Source: Coleofasciculus sp. B1-GNL1-01 (GTDB taxonomy: Bacteria > Cyanobacteriota > Cyanobacteriia > Cyanobacteriales > Coleofasciculaceae). From it: 54,392 nucleotides of DNA. The stretch's first letter is position 1. Every line of letters starts with the position of its first letter. The stretch is taken from the NCBI GenBank assembly GCA_040220235.1, contig JAVJTO010000134.1; one strand, written 5' to 3'. Of the stretch, positions 18,447-28,641 are shown one piece after another. Both the position numbers and the translations under genes were made by a program. The notes under the pieces are model-generated. The model made no database searches and was not told the origin of the DNA. It saw only the letters and a program-made list of their open reading frames with translations.

Positions 18447-20426
18447 ATGACGACTTATGGACGTTTGGGAAAAACGGCGTCTTCAGCCTTGATATTCGCT
18501 ACCTTAGGTTGCTGGGTGACCAGCTTCTCTGCCGCGCAAGCAACGCCTGTTGAATCTTCAGAGCAACAGCCAACAGATTTGGCTCGGCGGACTGAAACGT
18601 CAGGAGTAGACCCAGGATTGTTTCTGTCAACTGAAACGGGACGGGTGAATTCTCCGGTTGAGATAGCTTTTCCAGGCACTGAAGCAGAGATCACCACTGA
18701 ACTAGAGGTATCCACCACCAGTGAAGTCGGAATGATCACGTCAACGGATTCCCTAATCGAGTCCGAAGACACCTTTGTGGAAACCCAAGTTCAAGACTTA
18801 GCCCAAGCCTTACCAGAAATGGAAGACAGCAGTGATCCCACTGTCCCTGATCCGCTGTTCGTTGATCCCCTAGACGCCGTAGAGGAATCTGACCCGATGG
18901 GTCAAGTGACCAATGTGTCTCAACTAAGAGATGTTTCGCCTGGAGACTGGGCGTATGAGGCACTGCGGAGTCTGGTGGAACGGTATGGTTGTATTGCCGG
19001 ATATCCAGATGGCACGTTTCGGGGGAATCGAGCGATGACCCGGTATGAATTTGCCGCTGGGTTGAATGCTTGTATGCAGCAAATTGAGCGGTTGATTGCA
19101 GGGCGTTCTGACTTTCCCACGGGGGATTTAGAGACGCTGCGGCGGTTGGTGCTGGAGTTTGAGGCAGAAATCGCGACCCTAGGGGCACGGGTGGATAATT
19201 TGGAAGATCGAACTGCCTTTTTGGAGGATAATCAGTTCTCGACAACGACAAAACTGTTTGGACAGGCGATTTTTGGGGTTCAGGGGCGCAGCGAGGATAA
19301 TGAATATGAATTAGCCACTAACCAATTAACGGATCAAGACACCAATGTCACGTTCATTAACAATGTGCAGTTGAGCTTGTTTACTCAATTGAGTCCTCGC
19401 AGTCTGTTGTTAACCAGTTTCCAGGCGGGTAACGGTAGCACAACTACGGCTGCAACAAGATTTGCCTTAAGTAACTACGTAAGCTTGGGCTATGAGGGTG
19501 ACAATGATAATGACTTAGAGATTACTGACCTCAATTATCGTCAGCTAATCGGCAGGAATGTTGCTGTAATTGTCGGACCTGAAGGTGTGAACCCAGTTAA
19601 CGTTTTCCGGGGAGTCAACCGGATTGAAAGTGCAGGTTCAGGTCCTCTATCTCGCTTCGCTCAACGTAACCCAGTTATTAATGTAGGCAATGGCAGTGGT
19701 GGTATTGGTTTTGACTGGCAAATTGCGACTCGCCTGAGTTTGCAGGGGGTCTATTCAGCCAGCACACCAGCAGATACAGATAATGGGGGTATCTTTGGCG
19801 GAGATAGTGGAGAAACCTCAGCCGGTGCACAGTTAGTCGTCTCTCCTACGGATAATATCGATGTTTCTTTCCAGTACATTAATGCCTATTCTCCTTTTGG
19901 TCGATTAGGCACTGGTGTTGGGGATGATCAGGTAGTGATTGATTTATTTGACGATAATCTCAGAGCACCAATTAACACCAATGCCTTCGGTGCTGGTTTA
20001 GAATGGCGAGTTACGCCTCGTATTACCTTTGGGGGATGGGCAGGTTATACCGATTCAGATTTTGAAAGCGGTTCAGGAGATGTGCAGACGTTTAACTGGA
20101 TGGCGTTCCTGAATTTTCCTGACTTATTTGGTGAAGGTAATATGGGGGGTATTTATGTGGGTCAGCCTCCTAAAATCACGGACAGTAATGTTACAGACAG
20201 CCAAGGTATGGGTAGAAATTTTCCTGGCTTGATTAATGAAGGAGGCAACCTAGATGATGATGGTGGTCAACCGGACACGACCACCCATGTCGAAGCGTTC
20301 TATCGCTGGCAAGTGGCAGACAATATCAGCATTACGCCGGGAGTGATTGTGATTTTTAATCCCTTGCATAACGACGACAACGACACAATCACGATTGGTG
20401 CAATTCGCACAACGTTTACCTTCTAG
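18447..20426 (+). CDS. SLH-domain OprB/SomA-type porin (paralog 3, long acidic N-terminal extension)
   Basis: SD GAGGAG before ATG 18447, SLH motif, FSTTTKLFG and C-terminal RTTFTF. Confidence 0.92.
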   Translation: MTTYGRLGKTASSALIFATLGCWVTSFSAAQATPVESSEQQPTDLARRTETSGVDPGLFLSTETGRVNSPVEIAFPGTEAEITTELEVSTTSEVGMITSTDSLIESEDTFVETQVQDLAQALPEMEDSSDPTVPDPLFVDPLDAVEESDPMGQVTNVSQLRDVSPGDWAYEALRSLVERYGCIAGYPDGTFRGNRAMTRYEFAAGLNACMQQIERLIAGRSDFPTGDLETLRRLVLEFEAEIATLGARVDNLEDRTAFLEDNQFSTTTKLFGQAIFGVQGRSEDNEYELATNQLTDQDTNVTFINNVQLSLFTQLSPRSLLLTSFQAGNGSTTTAATRFALSNYVSLGYEGDNDNDLEITDLNYRQLIGRNVAVIVGPEGVNPVNVFRGVNRIESAGSGPLSRFAQRNPVINVGNGSGGIGFDWQIATRLSLQGVYSASTPADTDNGGIFGGDSGETSAGAQLVVSPTDNIDVSFQYINAYSPFGRLGTGVGDDQVVIDLFDDNLRAPINTNAFGAGLEWRVTPRITFGGWAGYTDSDFESGSGDVQTFNWMAFLNFPDLFGEGNMGGIYVGQPPKITDSNVTDSQGMGRNFPGLINEGGNLDDDGGQPDTTTHVEAFYRWQVADNISITPGVIVIFNPLHNDDNDTITIGAIRTTFTF

Positions 20427-20581
20427 CTAGGAAGAGATATTCGGGTCAAGAGTTAGGAGTCAGTGATTTAGGACAGTGGGATTTCAAGTTTGATACGTCT
20501 CGCTGGAAAAGACTGACTCCTGGTTCCACAACTGATTACAGAAAACTCGGATAGTTGATGCTAAACGGTAGAGAGCATGGA

Positions 20582-20670
20582 GCGTGAAAGCCCACACTAT
20601 CAAAGCTAACCCGATCAGTTGGGTTACTCTTCGAGAAGGCTTCGCCTACGTTGCTTAACCCAACCTACCA
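20582..20670. repeat. Composite of dispersed repeats (IS605-end-like GAAAGCCCACACTAT; GTTGGGTT...AACCCAACCTAC palindrome with internal short insert)
   Basis: Inverted arms GTTGGGTTA / TAACCCAAC enclose CTCTTCGAGAAGGCTTCGCCTACG. Confidence 0.5.
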
Positions 20671-21004
20671 AGTTGACATGCATCCAAACGGTATGCCAAG
20701 TCTGGATTCTAGGTTATGTATAAAGCTTCTGTAAAGATGCCCCTGTGGGGGAACTGCACTAATTTGGAGGCGTCTTGAAAAGGAAAGGCTGAAAAAATAA
20801 CCAGTAACCTGCATTGTGTAATCGACGGATACACTGACCTGGCAAAGCAGTCTTGGGGTACTTTTTCCCCTCTTCTAACCTCTACTACTTCGTGAACTGA
20901 CTCTGGTCAGGATTAAATCAAGACAAGCCTAATAGTGGAGGTTGAATATCGAAGCCAGGAAAATACCTCAGTTCATTTAGTTCATTCACGGATGGAGTCT
21001 TAAG

Positions 21005-22939
21005 ATGATTGTAAAATCACTTCGCTACATTGTTGGTTTAGGTATCGTTGGTGGCTTGGCTGTTTTACTGTCCCCGGCAGCTGAAGCGCAAATTGAAGTC
21101 ACCGGGGGTAATGTAAAAGGTGAAGCGGCATTTTTTGTACCAACTACAGATGCCAACGGGAATGTTACGCTGTTTGATGCCACGGTTCAACAACTCCGCA
21201 TCGAAAGTCCCAATGGTGTCACTACGAATTCTCAATTTGTACCCAATGCTGCCAGTTTCACAGATAACGGCGATGGTATGCCGAATGCAGGTGACACCGG
21301 TGTGCTTCAAGGTAGACTCTCAGGTATTGCCTTTACCCAAAATGGTGGTTTGGTGACCTTTTCAGGACGGGATACCCTGTTAAACTTTACCCTCGATTCG
21401 TTTACTGAAAGCCTGAACGTGACGGGTTCGCTGATTTCACCTGAGATGGTTGGTGATGCGCCACCCATCTTTTTACCCGGTCTTGAAGATGTTACTGTTT
21501 CTACAAGTGGTTTTGCGGCTGCTGATGGAGAATTGCAAGTTGGTGACTTTGAAGCCGGTCTAGACAGTGGTCTGATTGACCTGCCACCGACTTTAGAGTT
21601 CCGGGGAGGTGGCAGTAGCATGCCCCCAGATTCTGATCAAAGTACTCTGGTTCGGCGGATTAAGTTTAAGTTTGAAGGGCAGGATTTAGAGGCGGGTAAC
21701 TACGTCTTTGATAGCACTACTGACGAAATTAGCTTTGTTGGTAACGCCAACCAGAAATTTGAAATTCAGACCGTTGGCTCTTCCGGCACAACCCAAGAAT
21801 TTAAATTTAAGATTGAAGGTGAAGGCGGTATTGTCGATGCGAGGCTCTCAGATTTAGAGAGTTTAAAGCTTGAAGGGTCAGGTATCGATACTGAGGTTGC
21901 TTTAGACAGCTTCGAGATTAAAGGGAAAGACGAAGGAGAAGTTTCTGGTATTGCTTCAGTATTTAGTGCTGATGGATTAGCCTTCGCCAGCACAGGCGAT
22001 AGTGACAAAACTAAGTTCAAATTTGAGCAAGAAGGCGCTAAAGTCGAAGGTGAAGCTAGAAGTATAAGTTTCCGCGCTTTTGGTGGAGTCAGCAATATCG
22101 ATGATGTCGATACAGATTTCGACGGAGATATTGATGACGATGACATGATGGATATGGATGATGATGCCGGCTTTGAATATGATGATGACTTTGGTGATGG
22201 AACTAACATTGATTTAGTCTGTGTGATTTGTGACAGTGCCACACTGAATGTTAGTAACATCACATTCGGCGGCAGCACCATTTCGATTGAGAATAACAAC
22301 GAAATTAATTTCCGCAGTGGTGACACCCTCATCGTTTTCACAGGAGATGGTTCGGGACAATCCCAAGTCTCATCGACTGCTTCGGCTTCAGCTACCGCCT
22401 CTGCTACAGCATCAGCAAGTACTACAACCACAGCAGCAGGTGCTAGCTCGGCGAATACTAACCTGATTGCTTTCTCTAACACTTCCAGTACGGCGGAAAG
22501 TCAGTACGAAATCTCCAACTCTATCCGCTTTACCAGCGCCAGTGCTGCTCAAGGGCGAGTAAGAGTTAACTATACAGAACGTGGCGGTAATCGTTACCTT
22601 GTCGCCACTCGCCGCAGTCGCGGTGTAGCTTTAGGTCGCCAAGGCTACAAGATGGTTGGTCCGAGCAGTCGTTGCTTCCCAGGGTTGGTTGGTTTGCGCC
22701 AGATTTCTGATGAGGAACTCGACACCATTGTCGATGAAGATGATACTGCGATGGATATGGACGATCAGGATACTAGCGTCGATGAGGATACCGACGATGA
22801 GATGGATCTAGACATGGACGATGACGATGATGACGATGATGACGATGATGACGATGACGATGATGACGATGACGATGATGACGACGATGACGATGATGAC
22901 GACGATGACGATGATGACGACGATGACGATGATGACTAA
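21005..22939 (+). CDS. Secreted, extremely acidic hypothetical protein with a C-terminal poly-Asp tract
   Basis: Signal peptide (..LLSPAAEA/QI), beta-rich body, Ser/Ala/Thr linker, a basic segment and 40 terminal Asp. Confidence 0.85.
   Translation: MIVKSLRYIVGLGIVGGLAVLLSPAAEAQIEVTGGNVKGEAAFFVPTTDANGNVTLFDATVQQLRIESPNGVTTNSQFVPNAASFTDNGDGMPNAGDTGVLQGRLSGIAFTQNGGLVTFSGRDTLLNFTLDSFTESLNVTGSLISPEMVGDAPPIFLPGLEDVTVSTSGFAAADGELQVGDFEAGLDSGLIDLPPTLEFRGGGSSMPPDSDQSTLVRRIKFKFEGQDLEAGNYVFDSTTDEISFVGNANQKFEIQTVGSSGTTQEFKFKIEGEGGIVDARLSDLESLKLEGSGIDTEVALDSFEIKGKDEGEVSGIASVFSADGLAFASTGDSDKTKFKFEQEGAKVEGEARSISFRAFGGVSNIDDVDTDFDGDIDDDDMMDMDDDAGFEYDDDFGDGTNIDLVCVICDSATLNVSNITFGGSTISIENNNEINFRSGDTLIVFTGDGSGQSQVSSTASASATASATASASTTTTAAGASSANTNLIAFSNTSSTAESQYEISNSIRFTSASAAQGRVRVNYTERGGNRYLVATRRSRGVALGRQGYKMVGPSSRCFPGLVGLRQISDEELDTIVDEDDTAMDMDDQDTSVDEDTDDEMDLDMDDDDDDDDDDDDDDDDDDDDDDDDDDDDDDDDDDDDDDDD
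22817..22936 (+). repeat. (GAY)40 trinucleotide repeat encoding poly-Asp
   Basis: 120 bp of mixed GAC/GAT codons immediately before TAA. Confidence 0.95.
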
Positions 22940-23133
22940 GCTTGGAGTCAGATAAATCGTCACTACGGGGTTGGCAAGGATTCAGAAGGGGGAATCCCAG
23001 TAACTTCCAACCCCATGGAGATAACCATCTAGTCATCCAGTCAATCGTTCAGGGCGGTTAAAGAATAAGTGTCTTCTGAGATAGGTTTAGGGGTAGCAAT
23101 ACCCCTACCTATGTCGTTTAAGTCAAAAAACAC

Positions 23134-23247
23134 AGCCTTGGGTTTAAACCCAAGGCTAAAAGTTCTAGTCGTCTTTAGACGACTACAAAAGAATTCCAGT
23201 CGATTTCAATCGACTTGCGCTATAAGCCAAGAACTTGAGTTCTTGGC
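23134..23247. repeat. Four-hairpin palindromic element (REP/MITE-like)
   Basis: AGCCTTGGG/CCCAAGGCT, TAGTCGTC/GACGACTA, AGTCGATT/AATCGACT and GCCAAGAAC/GTTCTTGGC. Confidence 0.75.
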
Positions 23248-23309
23248 GGCTGTCGGCGCTGACTAAAAATGGTGCAAGCTATCAGTTTTAACTGACGCGG
23301 ATCATATCT

Positions 23310-24725
23310 CTATGACTGCGCCCATTCGGTATGGAAAACCCCTTCCTTGTCGGTTCGCTGATACGTGTGAGCGCCAAAGTAGTCGCGCTGTGCTTGGGTC
23401 AGGTTTTGCGGTAAGCGATCGCGCCGATAGCTGTCGAAGTAATCCAACGACGCACTAAACGCTGGAACCGGGATTCCTAACTGGTTAGAAGCCACCAGCA
23501 CCTCCCGCCATGCATCTTGGCGATCCAGAATGGTTTGCTTAAACTCTGGCGCTAATAATAAATTCGGCAATTTTGGATTCTCATTGAAGGCATTTTTAAT
23601 CTTATCCAGGAATCCTGCCCGAATAATACAACCCCCTTTCCAAATCCGGGCAGTTTCTGCCAAATTCAGGTTGTAATTAAACTCCTCCGAAGCCTTACCC
23701 AACAATGCCATGCCCTGAGCATAGGAACACATTTTGGAGCAATAAAGCGCATCACGGACTTTATTGATAAACGCTTGGCTATCTCCCTCATAGTTGCCCG
23801 TCGTCCCGATTAGCTCCTTCGCCGCCGCGACTCGTTCCTGTTTATAAGACGAAATCACCCGCGCATTCACCGCCGCATAAATCGTGGGAATCGGTACACC
23901 CAATTCCAGAGAACTAACCACCGTCCAGCGTCCAGTTCCCTTTTGTCCAGCAGAATCCAGAATTAAATCAACCAGAGGCTGATTCGTATCCGGATCAATG
24001 TACTTAAAGATATCCGCCGTAATTTCAATTAAAAAGGAATTTAGCTCATCAGTCGTGTTCCATTCGGAAAACACCTGATGAAGCTGCTTGTGATCCAGTC
24101 CTAAACCATGTTTGAGCAAATCATAAGCTTCGGCAATGAGCTGCATATCGCCATACTCAATCCCGTTATGCACCATCTTCACATAATGACCTGCACCCCC
24201 AGGACCAATATAGGTGACACAGGGTCCATCATCCACCTGAGCGGCGATTTTGGTCAAAATTGGTTCTAACTCTTGATACGCCGTATCCGTGCCTCCCGGC
24301 ATCAAGCTAGGACCATGGAGCGCTCCTTCTTCGCCACCACTGACCCCCATCCCAACAAAACCGAGTCCGGTGGCTTCTAAGTCTTTAGTGCGGCGTTCGG
24401 TTTCTTCGTAGAGGGAGTTCCCGCCATCGATAATCATATCGCCCGGTTCGAGCAGGGGTTTGAGTTGATCGATAACAATATCAACAGGTTTCCCAGCTTT
24501 AACCATAACCAGGATTTTGCGGGGACGTGCCAAGGTTTTGACAAACTCTTCCAGAGAATAGGCGGCGGTAACATTTTTATCCGAAGCCCGCTTTGCCATA
24601 AACTCTTCCGTTTTTGAGCTAGTCCGGTTATACACCGCCACCGGAAACCCGCGACTTTCCACATTGAGCGCCAGGTTTTCCCCCATCACTGCTAAACCGA
24701 TGACTCCGAAGCTTGGTTGTGTCAT
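23310..24725 (-). CDS. gnd: 6-phosphogluconate dehydrogenase (decarboxylating, NADP+)
   Basis: GLAVMG, GVSGGEEGA, KMVHNGIEYGDMQ and QAQRDYFGAHTY. Confidence 0.97.
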   Translation of the reverse strand: MTQPSFGVIGLAVMGENLALNVESRGFPVAVYNRTSSKTEEFMAKRASDKNVTAAYSLEEFVKTLARPRKILVMVKAGKPVDIVIDQLKPLLEPGDMIIDGGNSLYEETERRTKDLEATGLGFVGMGVSGGEEGALHGPSLMPGGTDTAYQELEPILTKIAAQVDDGPCVTYIGPGGAGHYVKMVHNGIEYGDMQLIAEAYDLLKHGLGLDHKQLHQVFSEWNTTDELNSFLIEITADIFKYIDPDTNQPLVDLILDSAGQKGTGRWTVVSSLELGVPIPTIYAAVNARVISSYKQERVAAAKELIGTTGNYEGDSQAFINKVRDALYCSKMCSYAQGMALLGKASEEFNYNLNLAETARIWKGGCIIRAGFLDKIKNAFNENPKLPNLLLAPEFKQTILDRQDAWREVLVASNQLGIPVPAFSASLDYFDSYRRDRLPQNLTQAQRDYFGAHTYQRTDKEGVFHTEWAQS

Positions 24726-25004
24726 ATATCTCTCGTCAGAATGTAGTTGAACGTGTACTCGTGTTTATTTCCCCTACAGGGTAGCCTGCTCTGCGGCGGA
24801 ATCTTGTAAACTTTGCATTACGAGTATGCCCCAACTAGGATACATAAAACCTCAAACCGGATAATCTCGCTAGAGGTGGAAACAAGGCAGAAGGCAGGAT
24901 TTTTGTAGGGGCTGGCGCATTCTTGCCAAAAATTAAGTACAAAGCCCAGAAGCTTTATCTAAGAATGTGTCGCCCAGCGCTCAGCACCAAAGCGACAAAA
25001 TCGA

Positions 25005-25403
25005 TTAATTCGAGGGTGAAGTTTGAGGAGTCGCAGACGGTTGAACTCCAGGCGGGGATACGGTAGGGGAGGGTTGGGTGACGGGTGATGTTTCCACGGG
25101 AGATGGTGTAACCGCAGGAGATTCTTCCACCAAAGGTACAGGTTGAACCACAGGAGATGACTCGGCTGGGGGAGGAGGTTCAGTCGGAAGAATTTCTTTT
25201 TTGGGAACCTCTTGTTTGTGAACCGCTCGTTTGACACAATCACCAAACTCAACGGCTGTATCTTTGAACCGAGTGGCGTCTTTGACGTTAAATTGAAAGG
25301 CTGTACAACCAGAACGATGCAAGAACTGGTACAACACGATACTGTTAACTGTGATTACAGTAATCGATGTGAGGATTTGCAGTAAAAGGATGATTCGCTT
25401 CAC
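25005..25403 (-). CDS. Hypothetical membrane-anchored Pro-rich protein
   Basis: N-terminal hydrophobic helix, two Cys and a Pro/Ser/Thr-rich tail. Confidence 0.6.
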   Translation of the reverse strand: MKRIILLLQILTSITVITVNSIVLYQFLHRSGCTAFQFNVKDATRFKDTAVEFGDCVKRAVHKQEVPKKEILPTEPPPPAESSPVVQPVPLVEESPAVTPSPVETSPVTQPSPTVSPPGVQPSATPQTSPSN

Positions 25404-25596
25404 GCTGATGTCTTCCGAAGAGACTCCCGTTCTTATATGTTAAACGGTGGCGAGGGAGACAGGGAGTTAGAGTATCGGTTCCGTATCGCATCGTTCTTTG
25501 AGCGCTTCAATTTGCCCATAGTCTTGACTCAGTAGTTGTTGATAGCGTCTTAAGGATTTTTCAGGGGTAAGCTTTTCTCGTTTACTAGGCAAATAC

Positions 25597-25736
25597 TAAG
25601 TAGGTGGACACAATAAAAGCTAACGGTGGAGAACTCGCTTTCGTGAGAAGCAAGCTACGTCATTCGTCATTTTTAAGGGTTTGAGGCTTGTTTACAAAAC
25701 TTAGTACGGTGTTGTTTTCTTTTGTACGACTACTTA
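25597..25736. mobile_element. MITE with TAAGTAG terminal inverted repeats
   Basis: TAAGTAGGTGGACACAA ... TTGTACGACTACTTA. Homologous, in inverted orientation, to 45844-46138. Confidence 0.7.
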
Positions 25737-26021
25737 GAGGCGTTGTGGTAGAACGTCTGGAAAAAAATTAAATTAGAGCTTATCCGAGCAGTCTTGGGTT
25801 AACTCCTGACTATTGAGCTTACCCGAAAGTATGAGCCGGATGGGGGAAGTTAAATTCCTGGAGAAACAGATAGCCTCATAATCAAATCATTCTTCTTATA
25901 CTCAAATTGAATCTGACATTAGTTTGCCCTGAGTTCAGTTGAGTCCAGATGGAGAATTATTAGTAGTCGTTGCGCCAACGACGAAGATTTGGCGACATTA
26001 AACCTTTTACCCGGTTCGAGT

Positions 26022-26804
26022 ATGAATAAGTCTATTGTTTTGATAATTAGTCTGTGCAGCATTCTCTTTTGTGGATGCTCTCAAGCCGATACAGTGTCTA
26101 GTCAAGGGGAAACAGTACCACCAAAAACCATAACTCAAGTTCCCGACGCTCAAACGGCTAAACCCCTAACACCCGCAGACGCTGATGTGTTAATTGCTGC
26201 CACAATTCAGGCAATTAATCAGGAAAATGTTAACTTCTTTATGCCCTACTTGATGGAACGCGATCGCGCCACCGAAAATGTGCAAGCGGCACTCAACCAT
26301 TATCAGACTTATTTTCAAGGGGAAGAGATAACTGATTTTGAGCGTCTGGGTGTTGAACAACTGGGTGAAACAGGCAATCAAACCCCGATTCAACGCTTTA
26401 ATTACCGCATCGCTAACAATGGTGGGATTAGTAAACAGATTGCTGTTTATCAAGACCAAACCATTCGGTTAGATGATCCATTTTTGCTCTATTCTGTTTA
26501 CGCTAACCGTTTAGTAGAACGGTATATAGATGCCATTCAAAACCAAGACATTGAGAAGCTAAGCCGAGTTTTGAATAGTGAGGAAACCTTGTTTAGTCAA
26601 GACGAGTTGAGGGTAATCATATCACAATACAAGGATTTATTCTCTTTAGACTCACTCAATTATCAGTTTATTGGTTTAGAGTCTGAGCGTCAGCAGTTTC
26701 TTTATACTATTTCTGGACAAAATGGACGTGAGCATGAAATCAAAGTTATCTATGGTGACGGGTTAGTCAGTCTCCATGATAATTTTATTCCTCTAAATAG
26801 ATAA
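26022..26804 (+). CDS. Hypothetical lipoprotein with two similar ~100-aa domains
   Basis: MNKSIVLIISLCSILFCG-C lipobox. IQAINQENV and IDAIQNQDI suggest an internal duplication. Confidence 0.7.
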   Translation: MNKSIVLIISLCSILFCGCSQADTVSSQGETVPPKTITQVPDAQTAKPLTPADADVLIAATIQAINQENVNFFMPYLMERDRATENVQAALNHYQTYFQGEEITDFERLGVEQLGETGNQTPIQRFNYRIANNGGISKQIAVYQDQTIRLDDPFLLYSVYANRLVERYIDAIQNQDIEKLSRVLNSEETLFSQDELRVIISQYKDLFSLDSLNYQFIGLESERQQFLYTISGQNGREHEIKVIYGDGLVSLHDNFIPLNR

Positions 26805-26869
26805 CCGATTACTTCTATTGACTGCCCTAGAACTCGGTTGACAGATTCTTAGGGGCGGGAAGAGGGGCA

Positions 26870-26931
26870 ACCCTCAACCCCTCACCCCCAGCCCCTCACC
26901 CCCAGCCCCTCTCCCAAGCTTGGGAGAGGGG
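26870..26931. repeat. CCCCTCACCCCCAGCCCCTCTCCC...GGGAGAGGGG dispersed repeat
   Basis: Tandem CCCCTCACCCCCAG units plus a CCCCTCTCCCA/TGGGAGAGGGG hairpin. Confidence 0.65.
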
Positions 26932-27045
26932 AGCAAGAGGGGAGTAAGAGAATTCGGTTCCCCTTCTCCCATGCAACAAAAGCGAAGCATCCTCTGTCAT
27001 CCCTCCTCGCTTTCTACCTTAAGTTGACACCAATGCCCTCAACCC

Positions 27046-27765
27046 TTACCCACCCTTCTTTTTCGGTGACGCTGAGGATGAACGAGACCCAGATCCGCCA
27101 ATCCCGTCTTTATCTTGCGGTTGTCCGGGTGGTACATCCTGGTAAAGTTGCTGACGCCCATTGCGAATTACCCTCAGCATGTCAGTAAGCTGTTGCTCGA
27201 TACTATTGAGTACAGAATCAGCATAATCATCCGCACCGTTTTGAATGTCTTCGCATTCTTCGAGTGCGAGTTGGCGCAGTTGTGCCAATTCCTGCTGGGC
27301 TTGTCGGCGCATCTGTTCAATGTCAGTCCGGGTTTGTTCTTGCAGCGTTTCACACTCTTGCTGAACCCGTTGCCGGATTTGCTTGGCTTCCAGTTCTGCT
27401 TGTTGCACAATCCCCATGTCATCCAGAATCTGTTGAGCTTGTCGTTCAGCGGCTTCTAGGATTTCTTGGGCATAGTCTTCCGCTTGTAGGAGAATATCTT
27501 CCCCTTGCTGAACAATCTTTTGAGATTTTTCAAATGCCTCTGGTAGACTCGCCCGCACTACATCCAATTGGGTTAAGAACGCTTCTTCATCAATCAAAGT
27601 GTACTTGGTTAAAGGGATGTGTGGGCTATCAAACAGCATCTCCTCTAGCTTAGTCAGTTCTCGCTGAATATCTACATCGGGGGTTCCAGAGGAAAGGGGT
27701 TTCTCTGGGGGGTTGGGTTCTGAGAGTTGGTTGGGTTCGATGCGGGATGACTCTGGGCGTAACAT
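27046..27765 (-). CDS. DivIVA-like coiled-coil cell-division protein (Cdv3-like)
   Basis: [22 protein letters not shown], a long coiled coil and GADDYAD. Lies downstream of, and overlaps, coaD. Confidence 0.8.
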   Translation of the reverse strand: MLRPESSRIEPNQLSEPNPPEKPLSSGTPDVDIQRELTKLEEMLFDSPHIPLTKYTLIDEEAFLTQLDVVRASLPEAFEKSQKIVQQGEDILLQAEDYAQEILEAAERQAQQILDDMGIVQQAELEAKQIRQRVQQECETLQEQTRTDIEQMRRQAQQELAQLRQLALEECEDIQNGADDYADSVLNSIEQQLTDMLRVIRNGRQQLYQDVPPGQPQDKDGIGGSGSRSSSASPKKKGG

Positions 27766-28226
27766 CGGCAAATATCTAGGGCAACCTGCGGGGGAACAAG
27801 ATGGTTAACAGATCCGCCAAATTTGGCAATCTCTTTCACTACGCTACTACTTAAAAAACTGTACTCGTTAGACGTGGCGAGAAAAACGGTTTCTATTTCA
27901 TCCCAGAGGGTTTGATTGGTATGCGCCATCTGGAGTTCTTTCTCAAAGTCTGAAAGCACCCGTAGTCCCCGCAGTAAGACTTGAGCATTTTTGAGTTTGG
28001 CATAGTCCACAGTCAAACCTGTGAAGCTATCGATTTCGACATTCGAGAGATGTTGGGTACAGCCGCGAATCTGTTGTACTCGCTCTTGTATTGTAAACAA
28101 TGGCGATTTACTCGGGTTGCGGAGTACGGCAACAATGACGGTCTCAAAGAGCTTACAGCTACGCTCAATGATATCGAGGTGTCCTAGAGTGATCGGATCG
28201 AAGCTGCCTGGATAAATTGCAATCAC
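27672..28226 (-). CDS. coaD: Phosphopantetheine adenylyltransferase
   Basis: [27 protein letters not shown] and [10 protein letters not shown]. Confidence 0.96.
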   Translation of the reverse strand: MIAIYPGSFDPITLGHLDIIERSCKLFETVIVAVLRNPSKSPLFTIQERVQQIRGCTQHLSNVEIDSFTGLTVDYAKLKNAQVLLRGLRVLSDFEKELQMAHTNQTLWDEIETVFLATSNEYSFLSSSVVKEIAKFGGSVNHLVPPQVALDICRCYAQSHPASNPTNSQNPTPQRNPFPLEPPM

Positions 28227-28399
28227 GACAGAGACATCTGGAGGGGTACTGAGGAATTATAAGCTGTTATGTATTTAATTTGATCGTTGAGGCTTTATAG
28301 CAGGAGGCAGAAGGCTCCAGGGCAGAGGGCAAAGGAGACAGAAGCTGGATGGCAGATTAAGTAGGGGCTGCTGCAGGGAGTGTTGTGGTGAGGGGGAGC

Positions 28400-28497
28400 G
28401 GGGGAAGCTGGGGAAGCTGGGGAAGCTGGGGAAGATGGGGAAGCTGGGGAAGATGGGGAAGCTGGGGGAGCTGGGGAAGCTGGGGAAGATGGGGAAG
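28400..28497. repeat. 9-mer tandem repeat GGGGAAGMT x~11
   Basis: ggggaagct/ggggaagat array. The complementary form lies at ~32878-32935. Confidence 0.9.
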
Positions 28498-28518
28498 TTA
28501 ACTCGAAATTCTACCTTA

Positions 28519-28605
28519 CCTGTTCCCTGTTCCCTGTTCCCTGTTCCCTGTTCCCTGTTCCCTGTTCCCTGTTCCCTGTTCCCTGTTCCCTGTTCCCTGT
28601 TCCCT
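28519..28605. repeat. Heptamer tandem repeat CCTGTTC x~12 (STRR)
   Basis: Perfect cctgttc array. Confidence 0.95.
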
Positions 28606-28641
28606 AATCTCAACCGTTAACTTTAATTGTCCCCACCTAGT

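Noticed and set aside
9090..19260. Near-identical DNA blocks in three places
   Set aside because: They are the conserved SLH/coiled-coil region of the three porin paralogs, not a mobile repeat.
22773..23036. His/Arg-rich minus-strand ORF
   Set aside because: Shadow of the (GAY)40 poly-Asp tract.
23069..23266. 65-aa ORF
   Set aside because: It consists of the four-hairpin repeat and has no coding features.
24807..24822. GTA...TAC upstream of gnd as an NtcA site
   Set aside because: The spacer is 10 nt rather than the required 8.
28275..28620. ORFs with GNREQGT and GKL repeats
   Set aside because: Translations of STRR heptamer and 9-mer arrays.
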